From Rhynchopus sp. YZ270_cl-10 (taxonomy: Eukaryota), in the NCBI GenBank assembly GCA_964035575.1, contig OZ037840.1:186001-250000 (forward strand): a stretch of 64,000 bases of DNA, read 5' to 3'. The notes under the pieces are model-generated. The model saw only the letters and a list, made by a program, of their open reading frames with translations. It did no database searches and was not told the origin of the DNA. The translations under genes were made by a program, and so were the position numbers. Positions 49,062 to 59,946 of the stretch are shown in pieces (position 1 is the stretch's first letter; the number at the start of each line of letters is the position of its first letter).

Positions 49062-52000
49062 GTGAAGTTGATAGTGCAAACGCCTCTGGGACGCAGGCAC
49101 TGACACTCCGCGGGTTATCGAACCCCGGAGTGTTGCGCTTGTGTTTGGTTTACAGGGAAGCTGTAAGCAGGTATACAATCATTACCCCACCCTGACCGGG
49201 AAGGGGGGACAACATGATTTAGTGATTCAAGAAAAGCACGTGTTTTAGCACACAACACTGGGCGTCTGCTGAATCCGATGAGCGCCGGGGCGCCGACGGA
49301 ACGGAGGGAGTGCACACGATCCCTCTTCACACCAGGGAATGGGGCGCGGCGGAGTTTCGCTGTTAAAGCCCGCATGTTAGCCTTGACGATGAGCCTTTGC
49401 ATGGCCCGCCCACGCTCGCGGATATTAGAGGTCTGTTTGGCGAGGAAGACCCTTGTGCGCAATTCGAAGTCGACCGCGAGCTCGACACACGACACGTCGC
49501 GGGGTTCTTTGCTCCACTCGAGCGTAATCACCCACCACAGGAAAGCTTTCAAAGTGAACGCCTCCCTATAGGTGGAGGAAAAACTAGGTTGTAGCTTGGT
49601 CAGATATGTGCGGAAGGGGGTATCCCGTTTAGAGGCAGCAAATGTGAGATTCCAAGGGTGCACAGCCGGGGCCACATCCGCTGGACTTGAGAGGGTCGTG
49701 TCGATCGTGGTGACGGCATCGAGGAGAAGAGACTGTACCGCCTTCACCGTCACCTTGCTCACATTGGAGGGCACAATGCCGTGCAGCACAAAGCAGGTGG
49801 GAAGCCCCTTGCCGTAGAGGCTGATGGCCGACGCATGTAGGGCAGTGAATGCCGGTGTGTGCACTATGCTGCAGTGCCACAGTAGGTGGCGTGTGTGGCA
49901 TGTAACCTGGACGAGGCATAAGGGGCATTTATCGCTGAAGTCCGCCTCGGGCAGGCCACTGCGCTTGAGCCCATCTGGATGGCAGAAGAGGACTCCACCA
50001 CACAGAACACGTCGCATCCGGAAAGCCTTGAGGGGGTCGTGGTATTGTAGATTGCGCCACAGGGCATTGGTGGCGCGGGTGTCAATGCCGTCGTTGATGC
50101 CGTCGTACGTAGGGCGTTTACTCTGTAGGTCATCCCATACCGCCGTACGTGCCAGAACTCGCACTTCATGGGCCCTCTTGGCTTTGTCTATCTCGATGAT
50201 GGGGGTAGTCTTCGCGGTTGCAGACGTAGACGTCACTGTCTTCATCTCAGGGTCCCAACTCACGCCACATCTGCGGGAGGCGGCAAGCACCGTCCCCACT
50301 GGACCAACTGCATGCATAGGTGTACCCCGTGCGGCCAGGGTCTCGTATCTCTCTCTGATGTTCATGCACCTCTGGCGTATGGCGTCGTTGCGTTCCACAC
50401 TGGCAGCGTAAGTTCTGAACGTCCGGCATATTGCACTCGAGAGGGGGTGTGCCATGTGCGCCTTCAGGCAGAGTGTGAGCAATGCATCCACTGAACGGGT
50501 AAGGTAGGTGGGGCCCCAGCAGCACATCGCCACTGCCTTCGTTAGTTCATTCAACACTGACTGAGGGGGCATGTTGAATGCGGACTCGTATAACACTGAA
50601 GGGAGGATGGCAGATGTGGCAATAGATACCTTCTGGGAGAAGGAGAGCGGTGTCGCACCCAAACATGAGAGCGCCCTCACGGCTGATTGGTATACCGTAG
50701 CGTTGTATCGCCCCTTGCTCCGTAGGGAGCTGTACATCATCACGCCGAGTGAGCGGAGTGACTCTGTTGTCCGGAACCTATGGTTGTCCTCAGACTTCAG
50801 CTTGCATTTGTGGTTCTTCAATGATGAGAAGGCAAAGGTCTTCGCCATGTTGAGGCGCATGCCTGTGATGCGGCAGAAGTCCTCCACTCGCAGCAGACAC
50901 GCCCCCACCGAAGCTTCACTATGGCGAGACAAAAGGTATGCGTCGTCAGCAAACGACCGTACAAACGCCTCAGGTACCTCTGCCGTGATGCAGTGTGTCA
51001 GGACCGACATCAAGGCGTTGATGAGCACCACAGAGAGGGGGCACCCCTGCAGAATCCCATTCGTCACGGAGTACGCCTCTCCTACGCCGGAGGGCAGCTT
51101 GAACCGCCGTCTCAGCTTGGCGTACATTGCTCGCAGAGGTGTCATGATCCTGGGGTGAAGCCCCATCTTCTCTACAAGATCCAAGGTGAGGCCCTGTGGT
51201 ACGCGGTCGAAGCACTTCGCAAAGTCGAGTGCCAGACCGTGCAGCGGTTCGCCACCGAGCAGAGCGTCCTCCATCTGTGTGAAGACGTCATACAAGACGT
51301 CGTTCGTGCTGTGCTTTGGGCGGAAGCCATGTTGCGACGGGTGTACCCATTGTTCCTGCCATTGTTGAACTGCCTGCAGGCGTGCGCAGGCCCACAACCG
51401 GTACACCGCACTGGTCACTGTCACAGGACGTAGCTTCAAGGGGGACTGGTCCTCGCCTTTGGGAAGGAGCGTCACCAGGGCGGTCAACAGCGCTTGCGGC
51501 CACACACCGTTCGTCTCTATCGCGTTGAACACTCGGGCAAAACCGTCCAGTATGCACAGGGGCATCGCATGAAGCTCCAATGAGCGCCAGCCATCAGTTC
51601 CGCAGGCGTCCGTGCGCTTACCTTTCTTGTCAAGCGTTCTACGCAAGTCAGCACCACTTAGCGGGTCTAGGGACATCGGGGAGTGCGCGACGAAGCTGCC
51701 GAAACGTTGTTCGAAAGAGGCGAGAGTTGGCTCGGGATGGTCGTGGTCGTATAGGTTGAACACCGATTTCCATTCATCACGCAGGAGTTTGTCCATCTCC
51801 CTGTGGTTGGCCGTAAGCACACCATCTTCCCCCCGAAGGGCGGAAATAGGAACACCCTGTTTACCCATGCACCACGCCGTGAGTTTTCGTCGTTCGCTGC
51901 TGAAATCCACCTTCAGCTTGGTGGTGTACTGCTTCTCGCGCTGTAGACGGGTATTGCGTATCTCAAGGTTCATAAGCATCTTGGATTTTTCCAGCAGAGA

Positions 52001-53249
52001 GTTAAGGATCTGTATTTGCCTTTCGAGCGAGAGAGGGATTGTCGTCTCCTCGGACCTCATCAACTTGAGCGTAATTGCGGTACGGAACACTTTACCCCAG
52101 GCATTGCGCACAGGATTCTCCATCACCCCACCAGGACAAGATTCAGTCTTTGCGATGAGATCCGTGAGCTTGTACTCGAATTTGGCAAGTTGGTCCTGTC
52201 GGGGGGAAGACCCACCAACAGACGCCGGTCGTGTAGGTGCACACACAGGTTTCAACACCGGATGGGGGATCTTGGAGCGGCCACAGAACCCTTTCGAAAG
52301 CGTGTCACCAGCTGCCTTTGCCGCGAGCAGGAGAAACTCTTCCCCAGCCAATGCGATCGCTTCCCACGCATCGTCAATGTCACCGGACGCAAGTGCTGCG
52401 GCACAGTTGTGTTGTTGTAGGAGATTCCTGCCGACTGTCTCAGCATTCGCCACAAGTCCAAGCTCCGGCATCTGCTTGGGAATAATGTATCGGAGTGTCG
52501 ACTCTGTAAACACAGAGAGGCAGAGCCGCACGTTGACGGACTTGTGGCTGGGGATGCAGTTGATGCTCTGTGTCCAACAGCTATGAATGGCGTGTGCAGC
52601 GACGCTATTCAGCAGGATGTAGTCGATACGGGTTCCCGCTGAGTCTTTGCGAGTGAACGTGGCAGGGGGCTTGCCGTCATCCCCAGTGCTTCCCAGGAGC
52701 GCGACATCGCACCAGTCATTGGCGAGTGCTTTCCGCAATGTTGGTGATCTTTCCACATCGGTGTTGAGGTCGCCGCACACAATCAACGGAACGTTACCCA
52801 GGGCTTCTCGAAACTTCACAAGCACTGTGTGGAGGAGTTCTTCGCGGGAAGCAACTGTACCTCTTGGCGTGTCACCTGACGGGGCGTACACATTCACCAC
52901 ATGCAGGAACAGACGGCCGGAACCAAGCGCCACGCGTGTGTGCACCACGCGTTTCCTCAGCGAGGGCTTCAGAGAAGACGTCAATTCGGTGTCCAGGAAC
53001 ATGATGCCCGGTCTCTTCAGCATGGTGGCAACTCCCCCACGTTCCCCAATGTGTGGACTGCGGATGCCATGGACGAGTGCGCCATCCATGGGGGGGCCCC
53101 ACTCTGGGGACCAAACTGTGGTGAAGAAGTCGTTCATCTCAAAGATCTTGGACTCGGTCAATTTTGTCTCTTGCAGACAAATTATATCGCACTGCAGGTC
53201 GTGTATGATGTGTGCGTAGTTCTGCAGGGATGTGCAGTTGAGGGTGGTG
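49062..53249 (-). mobile_element. APE-type non-LTR retrotransposon, probably 5'-truncated, inserted in an (ACAAA)n tract
   Basis: Flanked on both sides by ACAAA repeats; single long ORF; ~50-bp 3' UTR with no poly(A). Confidence 0.88.
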
Positions 53250-53482
53250 AAACAAAACAAAACAAAACAAAACAAAATAAATAAAAAGGGTTGACTTGAA
53301 ATACAACAGCCGGTTCGTGAACAGTGTACCTTAGTACAGAAGAGGCTGTACCGGGGTGTACCCCAACCATGAAGTCCTATATCCATTACGAGGGGGGGAA
53401 ACGAAAACTTAACGACATCAACGCGCATAAAAGGGTGTGGAGAAAGCACCTCCAAACGGACGAAGCTCAGCATCTGCCGCAT
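49115..53482 (-). CDS. Endonuclease/reverse transcriptase polyprotein; the first ~77 aa come from flanking host DNA
   Basis: APE motifs LQET, NVYAP, GDLN, RIDYI, SHK. RT motifs LRPV, QHGFR, LDFAKCFDRV, GILQGCPLS, FADD. Zn knuckle CPLC..HLLWHC. Confidence 0.92.
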   Translation of the reverse strand: MRQMLSFVRLEVLSPHPFMRVDVVKFSFPPLVMDIGLHGWGTPRYSLFCTKVHCSRTGCCISSQPFLFILFCFVLFCFTTLNCTSLQNYAHIIHDLQCDIICLQETKLTESKIFEMNDFFTTVWSPEWGPPMDGALVHGIRSPHIGERGGVATMLKRPGIMFLDTELTSSLKPSLRKRVVHTRVALGSGRLFLHVVNVYAPSGDTPRGTVASREELLHTVLVKFREALGNVPLIVCGDLNTDVERSPTLRKALANDWCDVALLGSTGDDGKPPATFTRKDSAGTRIDYILLNSVAAHAIHSCWTQSINCIPSHKSVNVRLCLSVFTESTLRYIIPKQMPELGLVANAETVGRNLLQQHNCAAALASGDIDDAWEAIALAGEEFLLLAAKAAGDTLSKGFCGRSKIPHPVLKPVCAPTRPASVGGSSPRQDQLAKFEYKLTDLIAKTESCPGGVMENPVRNAWGKVFRTAITLKLMRSEETTIPLSLERQIQILNSLLEKSKMLMNLEIRNTRLQREKQYTTKLKVDFSSERRKLTAWCMGKQGVPISALRGEDGVLTANHREMDKLLRDEWKSVFNLYDHDHPEPTLASFEQRFGSFVAHSPMSLDPLSGADLRRTLDKKGKRTDACGTDGWRSLELHAMPLCILDGFARVFNAIETNGVWPQALLTALVTLLPKGEDQSPLKLRPVTVTSAVYRLWACARLQAVQQWQEQWVHPSQHGFRPKHSTNDVLYDVFTQMEDALLGGEPLHGLALDFAKCFDRVPQGLTLDLVEKMGLHPRIMTPLRAMYAKLRRRFKLPSGVGEAYSVTNGILQGCPLSVVLINALMSVLTHCITAEVPEAFVRSFADDAYLLSRHSEASVGACLLRVEDFCRITGMRLNMAKTFAFSSLKNHKCKLKSEDNHRFRTTESLRSLGVMMYSSLRSKGRYNATVYQSAVRALSCLGATPLSFSQKVSIATSAILPSVLYESAFNMPPQSVLNELTKAVAMCCWGPTYLTRSVDALLTLCLKAHMAHPLSSAICRTFRTYAASVERNDAIRQRCMNIRERYETLAARGTPMHAVGPVGTVLAASRRCGVSWDPEMKTVTSTSATAKTTPIIEIDKAKRAHEVRVLARTAVWDDLQSKRPTYDGINDGIDTRATNALWRNLQYHDPLKAFRMRRVLCGGVLFCHPDGLKRSGLPEADFSDKCPLCLVQVTCHTRHLLWHCSIVHTPAFTALHASAISLYGKGLPTCFVLHGIVPSNVSKVTVKAVQSLLLDAVTTIDTTLSSPADVAPAVHPWNLTFAASKRDTPFRTYLTKLQPSFSSTYREAFTLKAFLWWVITLEWSKEPRDVSCVELAVDFELRTRVFLAKQTSNIRERGRAMQRLIVKANMRALTAKLRRAPFPGVKRDRVHSLRSVGAPALIGFSRRPVLCAKTRAFLESLNHVVPPSRSGWGNDCIPAYSFPVNQTQAQHSGVR

Positions 53483-53491
53483 AGAAATTTG

Positions 53492-55252
53492 CTACATGCT
53501 TTGCAAAAGTGATTTATCATCTAAGATAGAAGCCTTCACCTCTGATCCCCTGGCTCTCACAGGCAAGTACAGAACATCACAGCCCCCAGAAGACGCAACC
53601 ACGTTCACAGGTGTGTATGCTGGTCCCTTCCTCTCAGCTGCCGCAACATCTTCTGCAGAGCACTCTCCCCTCATGAAGCTGCGCACTGCCAAGTTGTAGT
53701 CCTCCCAGTCCTTCTTCCCGCCAACCACGTACATCCACTCCTCCACTGGTGATTTCGCCCTCCCTCCTATTGTAACAACCAACTCAGCAACAACCTCCGC
53801 ATCACAGCCGGCAGCAAGCTCGATCTTGCAGGGGATCAGACGCAGTTGGTGTTCGCACTCAGCATCGCTGAAGCAGAGGCGGTTGCACAGCACACTGCAC
53901 CCCAACACACGGCCAGCACGTTCCAGCACGTTCACGTCACTCACCAATGTGCCCATCATGCTGAAGCGGCGCATCACTTCACACCCCATGTCACCACGCA
54001 GCACCGTCCCAGTCGCAACTCCCATGTTCACATGTGGTGCAATCTCATCACCTCCACGCACCAACACTGTGGCAGCGTGCAGTGCTGAGGTTGCGTGTGA
54101 CGCACATGTTTTCGACGCGTTGAACGAGCAGTGGATCCTGTCCCCAACAAAGACGTCCACCATCCCACGACGCAAGTCTGTTGCCTGCAACGTCTTCAGA
54201 AGAAGAGTTGTGAACAGGTCGGAGAAGCGTGCACTGTCCTCCTCCAAGCGGTGCAACGTGTCCTTGATGTTCAGTGTCAGCAGTGTTGCCCTTGTTGAGG
54301 ACAGACCCAGTTGAACACGTGTCACCAGTACAGCGGCCCTTGAGCTGTTCGGAGACACTGTTGTGTCGGAGTCACACTCTGAATCATCCTTCACGTCCTC
54401 CTTGTCAAACGGCAGACACGTCTGCGGGAGGTATGCCTTGTACTTCCGCAGGTTCTCCTCTATACTCTGCAGTGCGTCCCTCATCCCCTCAGGCAGCGCA
54501 GCCTCGTGAACCTTCAGCATCTCCGCAACCCCCTCCACGTCGTACCCCGCAAGCAGCGACGCAATCTCCTGCACAGTACTGATCGTCCGCTCCATTGTTG
54601 CCTGCTCCTTCAGGATCGCCGTTGCAAACCCTCGTGTTGCGATGAAGTCAACAACAAACACCAGCACTGCACCCAAGGTCACAGTGACAGAAGGTATGGC
54701 ACACGGGAGCGTATCACAGTTGGTCCTATCGTATGCAGCCGCCCTCCTCCCGAACTCACCATCCTGCGGCACAAGACCAGGTAGGTCGAAGATGCCAAAC
54801 CTGAAGGACTCCTCTGCAGCCATGAGAGCCAACCACACAAGCACAACAAACACCAACCCAGCAGTGTAACGTGTGGGCACTTGCATCACGAGCAACATGT
54901 CCACAACGAGCACGAGCGGTGCCCAGTATGTATCACCGTTGCAGCGAGCAACCAGATCGGCGGAAAGTGCACAAAATGCAAAAAAATAACTGTCACCAAC
55001 CACGACAGCTGTCGTCAACTTCTTCTTGCACAAGGTGTGCACTACTGAGAGCAGTGACATGACCACCCCTGTTATCGTAAACCACCTACGCAGCCCGCCG
55101 TATTGGTAGCTGGTGACCGAGAAGAACAACATAAATACAAAAAATGTGCAGTTGATCACAAGGAACAGCTCCCGCTTCCTCCTGTCCTTCCTGTCAAGTG
55201 TGCCATCCAGCGTCAGTGCACCCTCAACACAACGTGGCCACTGCAGCTTCAT
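53492..55252 (-). CDS. 6-TM pseudo-cyclase, paralog 5 (586 aa)
   Basis: Same architecture; ATG at 55252. Confidence 0.85.
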   Translation of the reverse strand: MKLQWPRCVEGALTLDGTLDRKDRRKRELFLVINCTFFVFMLFFSVTSYQYGGLRRWFTITGVVMSLLSVVHTLCKKKLTTAVVVGDSYFFAFCALSADLVARCNGDTYWAPLVLVVDMLLVMQVPTRYTAGLVFVVLVWLALMAAEESFRFGIFDLPGLVPQDGEFGRRAAAYDRTNCDTLPCAIPSVTVTLGAVLVFVVDFIATRGFATAILKEQATMERTISTVQEIASLLAGYDVEGVAEMLKVHEAALPEGMRDALQSIEENLRKYKAYLPQTCLPFDKEDVKDDSECDSDTTVSPNSSRAAVLVTRVQLGLSSTRATLLTLNIKDTLHRLEEDSARFSDLFTTLLLKTLQATDLRRGMVDVFVGDRIHCSFNASKTCASHATSALHAATVLVRGGDEIAPHVNMGVATGTVLRGDMGCEVMRRFSMMGTLVSDVNVLERAGRVLGCSVLCNRLCFSDAECEHQLRLIPCKIELAAGCDAEVVAELVVTIGGRAKSPVEEWMYVVGGKKDWEDYNLAVRSFMRGECSAEDVAAAERKGPAYTPVNVVASSGGCDVLYLPVRARGSEVKASILDDKSLLQSM

Positions 55253-55603
55253 TGCAACAACCCCAGCTGTCTGCCCGTTGCCGTGCTTGTTTGTGGCACC
55301 ACAGCTCGCCTTCGTAAAATCAGCAACGTTAGTATGCAAGACACAAAGCTGTTGTGTACGTCTGTTGTTGGTGTGTGATATGTGGTGTCTCGAGAGAAGA
55401 CGAAACTCTTGCAAGACCATGCCTGCCCAACTCAGGGCGAAGTTGACACACTCTGTCATGAGCACACCTCACAGGATGCCAGTTTAGGTGGGGGCGACCA
55501 TACTAAAAGAAAACGAAGAACAAGTGGGGGGGGAGGTTCATTAAATAAAATACATTCGTTCCCAACCCAGAGAACACTCAACAAATGGAAATTTGCTCGC
55601 TCA

Positions 55604-57367
55604 CTAAGAACAATTATCGGCAGTGTAAATCTTCGACACATGTGTGCCTCGTCGGCTCGCGGGCAAGTACAGAACATCACAGCCCCCAGAAGACGCAACC
55701 ACGTTCACAGGTGTGTATGCTGGTCCCTTCCTCTCAGCTGCCGCAACATCTTCCGCAGAGCACTCTCCCCTCATGAAGCTGCGCACTGCCAAGTTGTAGT
55801 CCTCCCAGTCCTTCTTCCCGCCAACCACGTACATCCACTCCTCCACGACAGACACAGTCGGCCGTTCTTGACAAGCTACCAACTCAGCAACAACCTCCGC
55901 ATCACAGCCGGCAGCAAGCTCGATCTTGCAGGGGATCAGACGCAGTTGGTGTTCGCACTCAGCATCACTGAAGCAGAGGCGGTTGCACAGCACACTGCAC
56001 CCCAACACACGGCCAGCACGTTCCAGCACGTTCACGTCACTCACCAGTGTGCCCATCATGCTGAAGCGACGCATCACTTCACACCCCATGTCACCACGCA
56101 GCACCTTCCCAGTTGCAACTCCCATGTTCACGTGTGGTGCAATCTCATCATCACCACACAGCAACACTGTGGCAGCGTGCAGTGCTGAGGTTGCGTGTGA
56201 TGCACATGTTTTCGACGTGTTGAACGAGCAGTGGATCCTGTCCCCAACAAAGACGTCCACCATCCCACGACGCAAGTCTGTTGCCTGCAACGTCTTCAGA
56301 AGAAGAGTTGTGAACAGGTCGGAGAAGCGTGCACTGTCCTCCTCCAAGAGCTGCAACGTGTCTTTGATGTTCAGTGTCAGCAGTGTTGCCTTTGTTGAGG
56401 ACAGACCCAGTGGCTGTGCACACATTAACGCTAACATGGCCCTTGAGCTGTGCCGAGACACTGTTGTGTCGGAGTCACATGCGTAGGTATCTTCGTTCAC
56501 TTTGTTCACGTCCTCCTTGTCAAACGGCAGACACGTCTGCGGGAGGTAGGCCTTGTACTTCCGCAGGTTCTCCTCTATACTCTGCAGTGCGTCCCTCATC
56601 CCCTCAGGCAGCGCAGCCTCGTGAACCTTCAGCATCTCCGCAACCCCCTCCACGTCGTACCCCGCAAGCAGCGACGCAATCTCCTGCACAGTGCTGATCG
56701 TCCGTTGCATTGTTGCCTGCTCCTTCAGGATGTCACGTGCAAACCCTCTCGTTGCGATGAAGTCTAGGGTGAAGACAAGCAGTGCAGATATGGTCCCAGT
56801 GGTAGTGTTCCTTGGGCAAGGCAGACTCTTGCATTTTGTGATCTCGTGGAACGCTTCCCGCCTCCCGAACTCACCCTCCTGCGGCACAAGACCAGGTAGG
56901 TCCAGAAGGCCAAACCTGAAGTACTCCTCCACACACATGAGAGTCAACCATACAAACGTCGTGCAGACTAGACCACCGGTGTAGCGTGTGGGCACCTGCA
57001 TCACAAGCAGGAGGTCCACAATGAGCACGAGGGGTGCCCACAGGTTTGCTCCAAAGCAGCGTGCGAGGAGGTCCGACGCAAAGAGGAGAGCAGCGAAGAA
57101 GTATCCTTCACAAATTACAAGGCTCGTTGTCAAGCGGACCTTGCACAGTATGAGCATCACCCCGAACGCGCCCCCAAGGACAACTGCGCAGATGATCGCC
57201 AGTCGGAGGTTCGTGCCCTTCGTTGCGCTCACTGTGAGCATCAGAAAGAAACCCAGTGCGGCCAGGTTCATCATCAAGAACAGCTCCCGCTTCCTCCTCT
57301 CCTTCCTGTCAAGTGTACCATCCAGCGTCAGTGCACCCTCAACACAACGTGGCCACTGCAGCTTCAT
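55604..57367 (-). CDS. 6-TM pseudo-cyclase, paralog 6 (587 aa)
   Basis: Same architecture with a more divergent N-terminal TM region. Confidence 0.87.
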   Translation of the reverse strand: MKLQWPRCVEGALTLDGTLDRKERRKRELFLMMNLAALGFFLMLTVSATKGTNLRLAIICAVVLGGAFGVMLILCKVRLTTSLVICEGYFFAALLFASDLLARCFGANLWAPLVLIVDLLLVMQVPTRYTGGLVCTTFVWLTLMCVEEYFRFGLLDLPGLVPQEGEFGRREAFHEITKCKSLPCPRNTTTGTISALLVFTLDFIATRGFARDILKEQATMQRTISTVQEIASLLAGYDVEGVAEMLKVHEAALPEGMRDALQSIEENLRKYKAYLPQTCLPFDKEDVNKVNEDTYACDSDTTVSRHSSRAMLALMCAQPLGLSSTKATLLTLNIKDTLQLLEEDSARFSDLFTTLLLKTLQATDLRRGMVDVFVGDRIHCSFNTSKTCASHATSALHAATVLLCGDDEIAPHVNMGVATGKVLRGDMGCEVMRRFSMMGTLVSDVNVLERAGRVLGCSVLCNRLCFSDAECEHQLRLIPCKIELAAGCDAEVVAELVACQERPTVSVVEEWMYVVGGKKDWEDYNLAVRSFMRGECSAEDVAAAERKGPAYTPVNVVASSGGCDVLYLPASRRGTHVSKIYTADNCS

Positions 57368-57873
57368 TGCAACTATCCTTGTAAAGGCAGCAACACCTGT
57401 GGGAGGGCGAAAATAAAGCGACCTGTATAATGTGTAGGAAATTGTATGTCAGGGGGCCGACCGGACGGCAGGCGATGTTGTGCGCACCGTGGCTTCACCA
57501 GAATCCTTTCACGTGGAGGGGTTCAGGCATTTAAAAAATATTACACATCCACTCGACGTTTGGATAAAGAAAATCAGAGACGAAAGGTGGTTTGGGGGGG
57601 AGAATGCTAATTCTTGAACGCCCCACACTCAGTCACACGAAGGACTCAAAATGCGGCCAAATGTGTGTGCCTACTCTACAAAAATCATGAAAAATTGATA
57701 AGATGAGGACAAGCCTCTGGTACTTCGCTACCTTCAAAGAGTATATGAATGTACATCAGGGACACGTGTCACCCTTGATCGCTAAGCAGTCCTGTCTGCA
57801 TACGTAAGTACACGACATTCTGCTGACTTCAGCCAAATAACAAAGAAGCTGTCCCCCCCCCCTAATAAAGTCT

Positions 57874-59946
57874 CTACCTGATGAGTCGGTAGGCACCACC
57901 CTTGTGTTGCACAAGAGTGTCTTCAAGTGCAGACGGCAGTGTTGTGCTGTCGGGTTCGTAAAGGCATGTGCCCCCCACACGCACAGCTTCTTCGCACAGC
58001 CCCCAGCTGCGTCGCACAATGTGTCCCAACACTGTCACAAAGCGTTGTTTGTGGCTGCCAATGTCCCCGTGCTGCACAGGACCACTCACAACACCAGCAC
58101 CCTTGAAGTACGCAGTCTTCGCCATCATCCGCTGTGCAAACCGCACTGCGTTCTCCATGTGTGCAGGTGCCGAACGGGTCACGTTCCACCCAACGCACAC
58201 ACAGCTCCCAAGCAGCGTCACCAAGCTCCCACCGCTCTGGTCCAGTGCAATCGTGAGTGTTGCAAGTCCTGCGTTCATTGTGTGCAGTGCTTTCAGGGCA
58301 GATTCGTCACCCACTTCAATGTCCACAACACCGATAGTGCCGGTCACCTGACGACCCAGGTGTGGTCCGAACGCGAACGATCCCTCCGAAGTAGCACTTC
58401 CCGAAGACAGCGACGCCATCGGCACCACTGCTGATGTACTTCTGGCCAGAGTGCCCGTACCACACAGAGGGTTCTGTGCTCGTCCCGCAAGTGACACAGG
58501 CCACAAGCAACGCACAAACATTGCCTGCGACACACCCTTCAAGTCAAGCGACTCAATCTCATCAGCAAAAGCCGTGCACGACTCGCAGACAGAATCCCAC
58601 AGATCGCAAGGCACCGCCACAGCCCCGGGTTTGCACGCACTCTCAAGACGTGACGCAACGTTCACCGTGTGTCCAAAGTAGTCTGTCCGTCCCGTCAGTG
58701 AACACTGCTCTACCGTCACAGGACCACTGTTCACACCAATGCGCACAGTCAGTCCACCCCAAAGTGAGCCCTGTTCAGCACAGATCGGTGCCTCCTCAAG
58801 CAGCGACGCAGGCCAGTTTGCTTCACGAAGACGTTCCTGCACCTGCAGTCCAAAGTTCACACCGTCAGCTGTTGATGCGAAGGCAACCATGAAGGCGTCG
58901 CCGATTGTCTTCACTTCGTACCCACCAAACACCTGCATCACCTCACGCATCACAGCGTTGTGTATCTTCAACGCAGCACACATCCCTTCTGGCGCACACT
59001 CCCAGATCGACGTCGACGAACGGATGTCTGTGAAGACAATCGTTCCCATGTCGTTCGCAAGCACAGGTGGCGGCACAGACGCGCTTGGCGCACCACCCTC
59101 CTCCTCAAACAGCGCTGCGGGGAGGTAGGGACGGTACCTCCGCAGGTTCTCCTCCATCCTCTGCAGTGTTGCGTGCATCTCCTCTGGGAGCTGTTCCCTT
59201 TGCTCCTCCAGCATGTCTGTCACCCCTTCTATATCGTACCGTGCAAGCAGCGACGCAATCTCCTGCACAGTGCTGATCGTCCGCTCCATTGTTGCCTGCT
59301 CCTTCAGGATGTCACGTGCAAACCCTCTCGTTGCCACAAAGTCAATGACAAAGACGCAAGCAGCCGCCAAGGTAACCGTCATAGTGTTGTTCGAGCACGG
59401 GGGCGAATCACATTCACTCAAACCACGCAGGTATTGTATCCTCCCCGACTCACCCTCCTGCGGCACAAGACCAGGTAGGTCCAGAAGGCCAAACCTGAAG
59501 TACTCCTCAAAGCTTATGAGAGCCAACCACACAAGCGTCGTGCAGACTAGACCACCGGTGTAGCGTGTGGGCACCTGCATCACAAGCAGGAGGTCCGCCA
59601 CCAGCACGAGGGGTGCCCAAAACATGTCACCTTTGCAACGAGCAAGCAGGTCTGACAAAAGCACACTTGCACCATGAAAGTAAGCAATGCCAACGACAGC
59701 GAAGGTGGACAGCTGAAACCTGCCTAAAATCACCACAAAACCCGTACACGACGCCATCAGTGACATCACCACGGCCAAGACACGCACCCCTTTGTGTTGG
59801 AATGCCGAAGGAGACAAAGCCGCCACAAAGACAGTCGCGAGTGCGTTCATCGCAAAGAAGATCTCGCGTTTCGTCTTCTCCTTCCTGTCAAGTGTACCAT
59901 CCAGCGTCAGTGCACCCTCAATGCAACGTGGCCACTGCAGCTTCAT
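57874..59946 (-). CDS. 6-TM receptor-type adenylyl cyclase with a second degenerate cyclase domain, paralog 7 (690 aa)
   Basis: Class III residues intact: FTDI, YEVKTIGDAFM, VRIGVNSG, DYFGHTVNVASRLES. The Lys/Asp pair indicates ATP specificity. Confidence 0.9.
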   Translation of the reverse strand: MKLQWPRCIEGALTLDGTLDRKEKTKREIFFAMNALATVFVAALSPSAFQHKGVRVLAVVMSLMASCTGFVVILGRFQLSTFAVVGIAYFHGASVLLSDLLARCKGDMFWAPLVLVADLLLVMQVPTRYTGGLVCTTLVWLALISFEEYFRFGLLDLPGLVPQEGESGRIQYLRGLSECDSPPCSNNTMTVTLAAACVFVIDFVATRGFARDILKEQATMERTISTVQEIASLLARYDIEGVTDMLEEQREQLPEEMHATLQRMEENLRRYRPYLPAALFEEEGGAPSASVPPPVLANDMGTIVFTDIRSSTSIWECAPEGMCAALKIHNAVMREVMQVFGGYEVKTIGDAFMVAFASTADGVNFGLQVQERLREANWPASLLEEAPICAEQGSLWGGLTVRIGVNSGPVTVEQCSLTGRTDYFGHTVNVASRLESACKPGAVAVPCDLWDSVCESCTAFADEIESLDLKGVSQAMFVRCLWPVSLAGRAQNPLCGTGTLARSTSAVVPMASLSSGSATSEGSFAFGPHLGRQVTGTIGVVDIEVGDESALKALHTMNAGLATLTIALDQSGGSLVTLLGSCVCVGWNVTRSAPAHMENAVRFAQRMMAKTAYFKGAGVVSGPVQHGDIGSHKQRFVTVLGHIVRRSWGLCEEAVRVGGTCLYEPDSTTLPSALEDTLVQHKGGAYRLIR

